A stretch of 64,000 nucleotides of DNA from Eledone cirrhosa (lineage: Eukaryota). A model generated the notes under the pieces. The model saw only the letters and a program-made list of their open reading frames with translations, searched no databases and was not told the DNA's origin. The position numbers and the translations under genes are program-made. The DNA is taken from the NCBI GenBank assembly GCA_964016885.1, contig OZ024742.1, positions 54,808,001-54,872,000 on the forward strand, written 5' to 3'. Positions 62,440-64,000 of this stretch are shown here, one piece after another. The first letter of the stretch is position 1. Each line of letters begins with the position of its first letter.

Positions 62440-62790
62440 TACCTATCCTCCGGCCTTTCTAGAGAATCGTAAAAGCACATATCGTTATATGCTTTTTCTA
62501 TGAAAATTAGTAGTGGGCAGACTAATTTGCAGAGAGCCTGAGTACGTACCGGTTCAGCGGAGACGATAAAAACAAATAACGAAACGAAATTAAATTTTGC
62601 TTCGTTTGTAACTCACTTTTGTATGACTTCTTCTACCTCCCTTCGATGCACCTCTCTCTGACCATTGGACTCCTGCCCGGGTGTGCACCGGTTTGTGATT
62701 ACCCCACCGCTCAACTGTGTGAATGCACACCTGCGACTTTCGAGTGAACTTTTGAGACTGCCCAACATGGGACGCCTACATTGCCTTGCA

Positions 62791-62950
62791 ATGGTCAAGT
62801 GATACTGATGACTGTGACACTTAGTGCCTTCGTGGGCCCCTGATGTTTTCAAGAAATATATTTTAAAAAAATGGTCAAGTGATACACATAACTGAGACAC
62901 TTAGTGCCTTCGTGGGCCCCTGATATATTCAAGAGATATATTTAAAAAAA
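62791..62950. repeat. ~80-bp tandem duplication followed by T-rich (TTTA)n low-complexity DNA to ~63720
   Basis: atggtcaagtgatac...gacacttagtgccttcgtgggcccctgat occurs twice. Confidence 0.8.
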
Positions 62951-63048
62951 AATATATATATCTTATCTCAATTTACTTTATTTCATTTTATTCTATTTTA
63001 TTTCATTTCATGTTATCTAATTTTATTTATTTACTTATTTAATTCCAT

Positions 63049-63079
<31 letters not shown>

Positions 63080-63163
63080 CTTATTTACTTATTTATTTAT
63101 TCATTTATTTAAATTTAATTTTAATTTTAATTTTAATTTTAATTTTATTTATTTATTTAATTT

Positions 63164-63195
<32 letters not shown>

Positions 63196-63800
63196 TTACA
63201 TTTAATTACATGTAATTATACATTTAATTATATCTTATATTATATTATTTTAATTTAGTCTATGTTATTTGATTTTAGTTTACCTTATTTTATTTTATCT
63301 TATTTTATGATTATATTATATTATGTTCTATTTTATATAATTTTAATTTTAATTTTATATTATTTTATCTCATTCCTTACCCTGTATCACTATTATCTGT
63401 ATATTTTATATTTTATATGTAAGTTTGTTATGTATTTCTTTATATTTTCTTATATATATTATAAGTCTGTTTTTCACCTATTTTTTACCTACTCTTACCT
63501 AATCCTATCTATCTTATCTACTCTTGTCTGTTCTCTTATCCATGTGTATGCTTGTATGTAACTATATGTTGACAGCACCCCGCCCAACTGTGACTGATAG
63601 CACCCCTTATTTTTCATTGCTTATTTTCATTGTTTATTTTATTATCTTATTTTTATTTTTATTTTTATTTTTATTTTTATTTTTATTCTTATCTTTATTT
63701 TTACTTTTACTTCCTTAATATCCTTTATCGTCTATTATTATTTTTCATTCTTCAATGTCTTGGATTTGTTATTGCTTGTATGGTATGTAATTAACCTTTA

Positions 63801-63846
63801 TGCTCTGATGAGTCCCACTTATAGTGCGGATGAAACAATGTTAGCA
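63801..63846 (+). ncRNA. Type I hammerhead motif
   Basis: tgct-CTGATGA-GTCC-CAC-ttata-GTG-c-GGAT-GAAAC-aat-GT-t-agca. Confidence 0.7.
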
Positions 63847-64000
63847 AGTAAAGATATGCATATGCTATAGGCGTTCTTTGTTATTTATTATATCACGGCT
63901 CTGTCCTCAGACATTGAGCTAACCTTATACTGCCTGCTGGATAAGTGGAGTGTTATACACCCCTGATCCTCTCCCTAGTATACATATATATATATACATA

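Overview
AT-rich animal (probably octopus/cephalopod, inferred from the SINE and repeat style) intergenic or intronic DNA with no recognisable host exon. Very long degenerate (TA)n/(TACA)n microsatellites act as a landing pad for many retroelements. These are: Penelope-like elements (PLEs; RT + C-terminal GIY-YIG) with inverted pseudo-LTR arms, two CR1/L2-group LINE families, an RTE LINE with a 5' inversion, an RTE-derived non-autonomous family, tRNA-derived SINEs and a non-autonomous Helitron. The main signal is RNA-level. About 25 type I hammerhead ribozyme (HHR) motifs from more than a dozen unrelated repeat families can be read by eye. They include U3:A8 core variants, long stem II insertions, and a non-coding ~530-bp tandem/palindromic HHR repeat that looks like a retrozyme. 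All YI/IY-rich ORFs in the track are microsatellite artefacts. Coordinates were counted by hand and may be off by a few bases.
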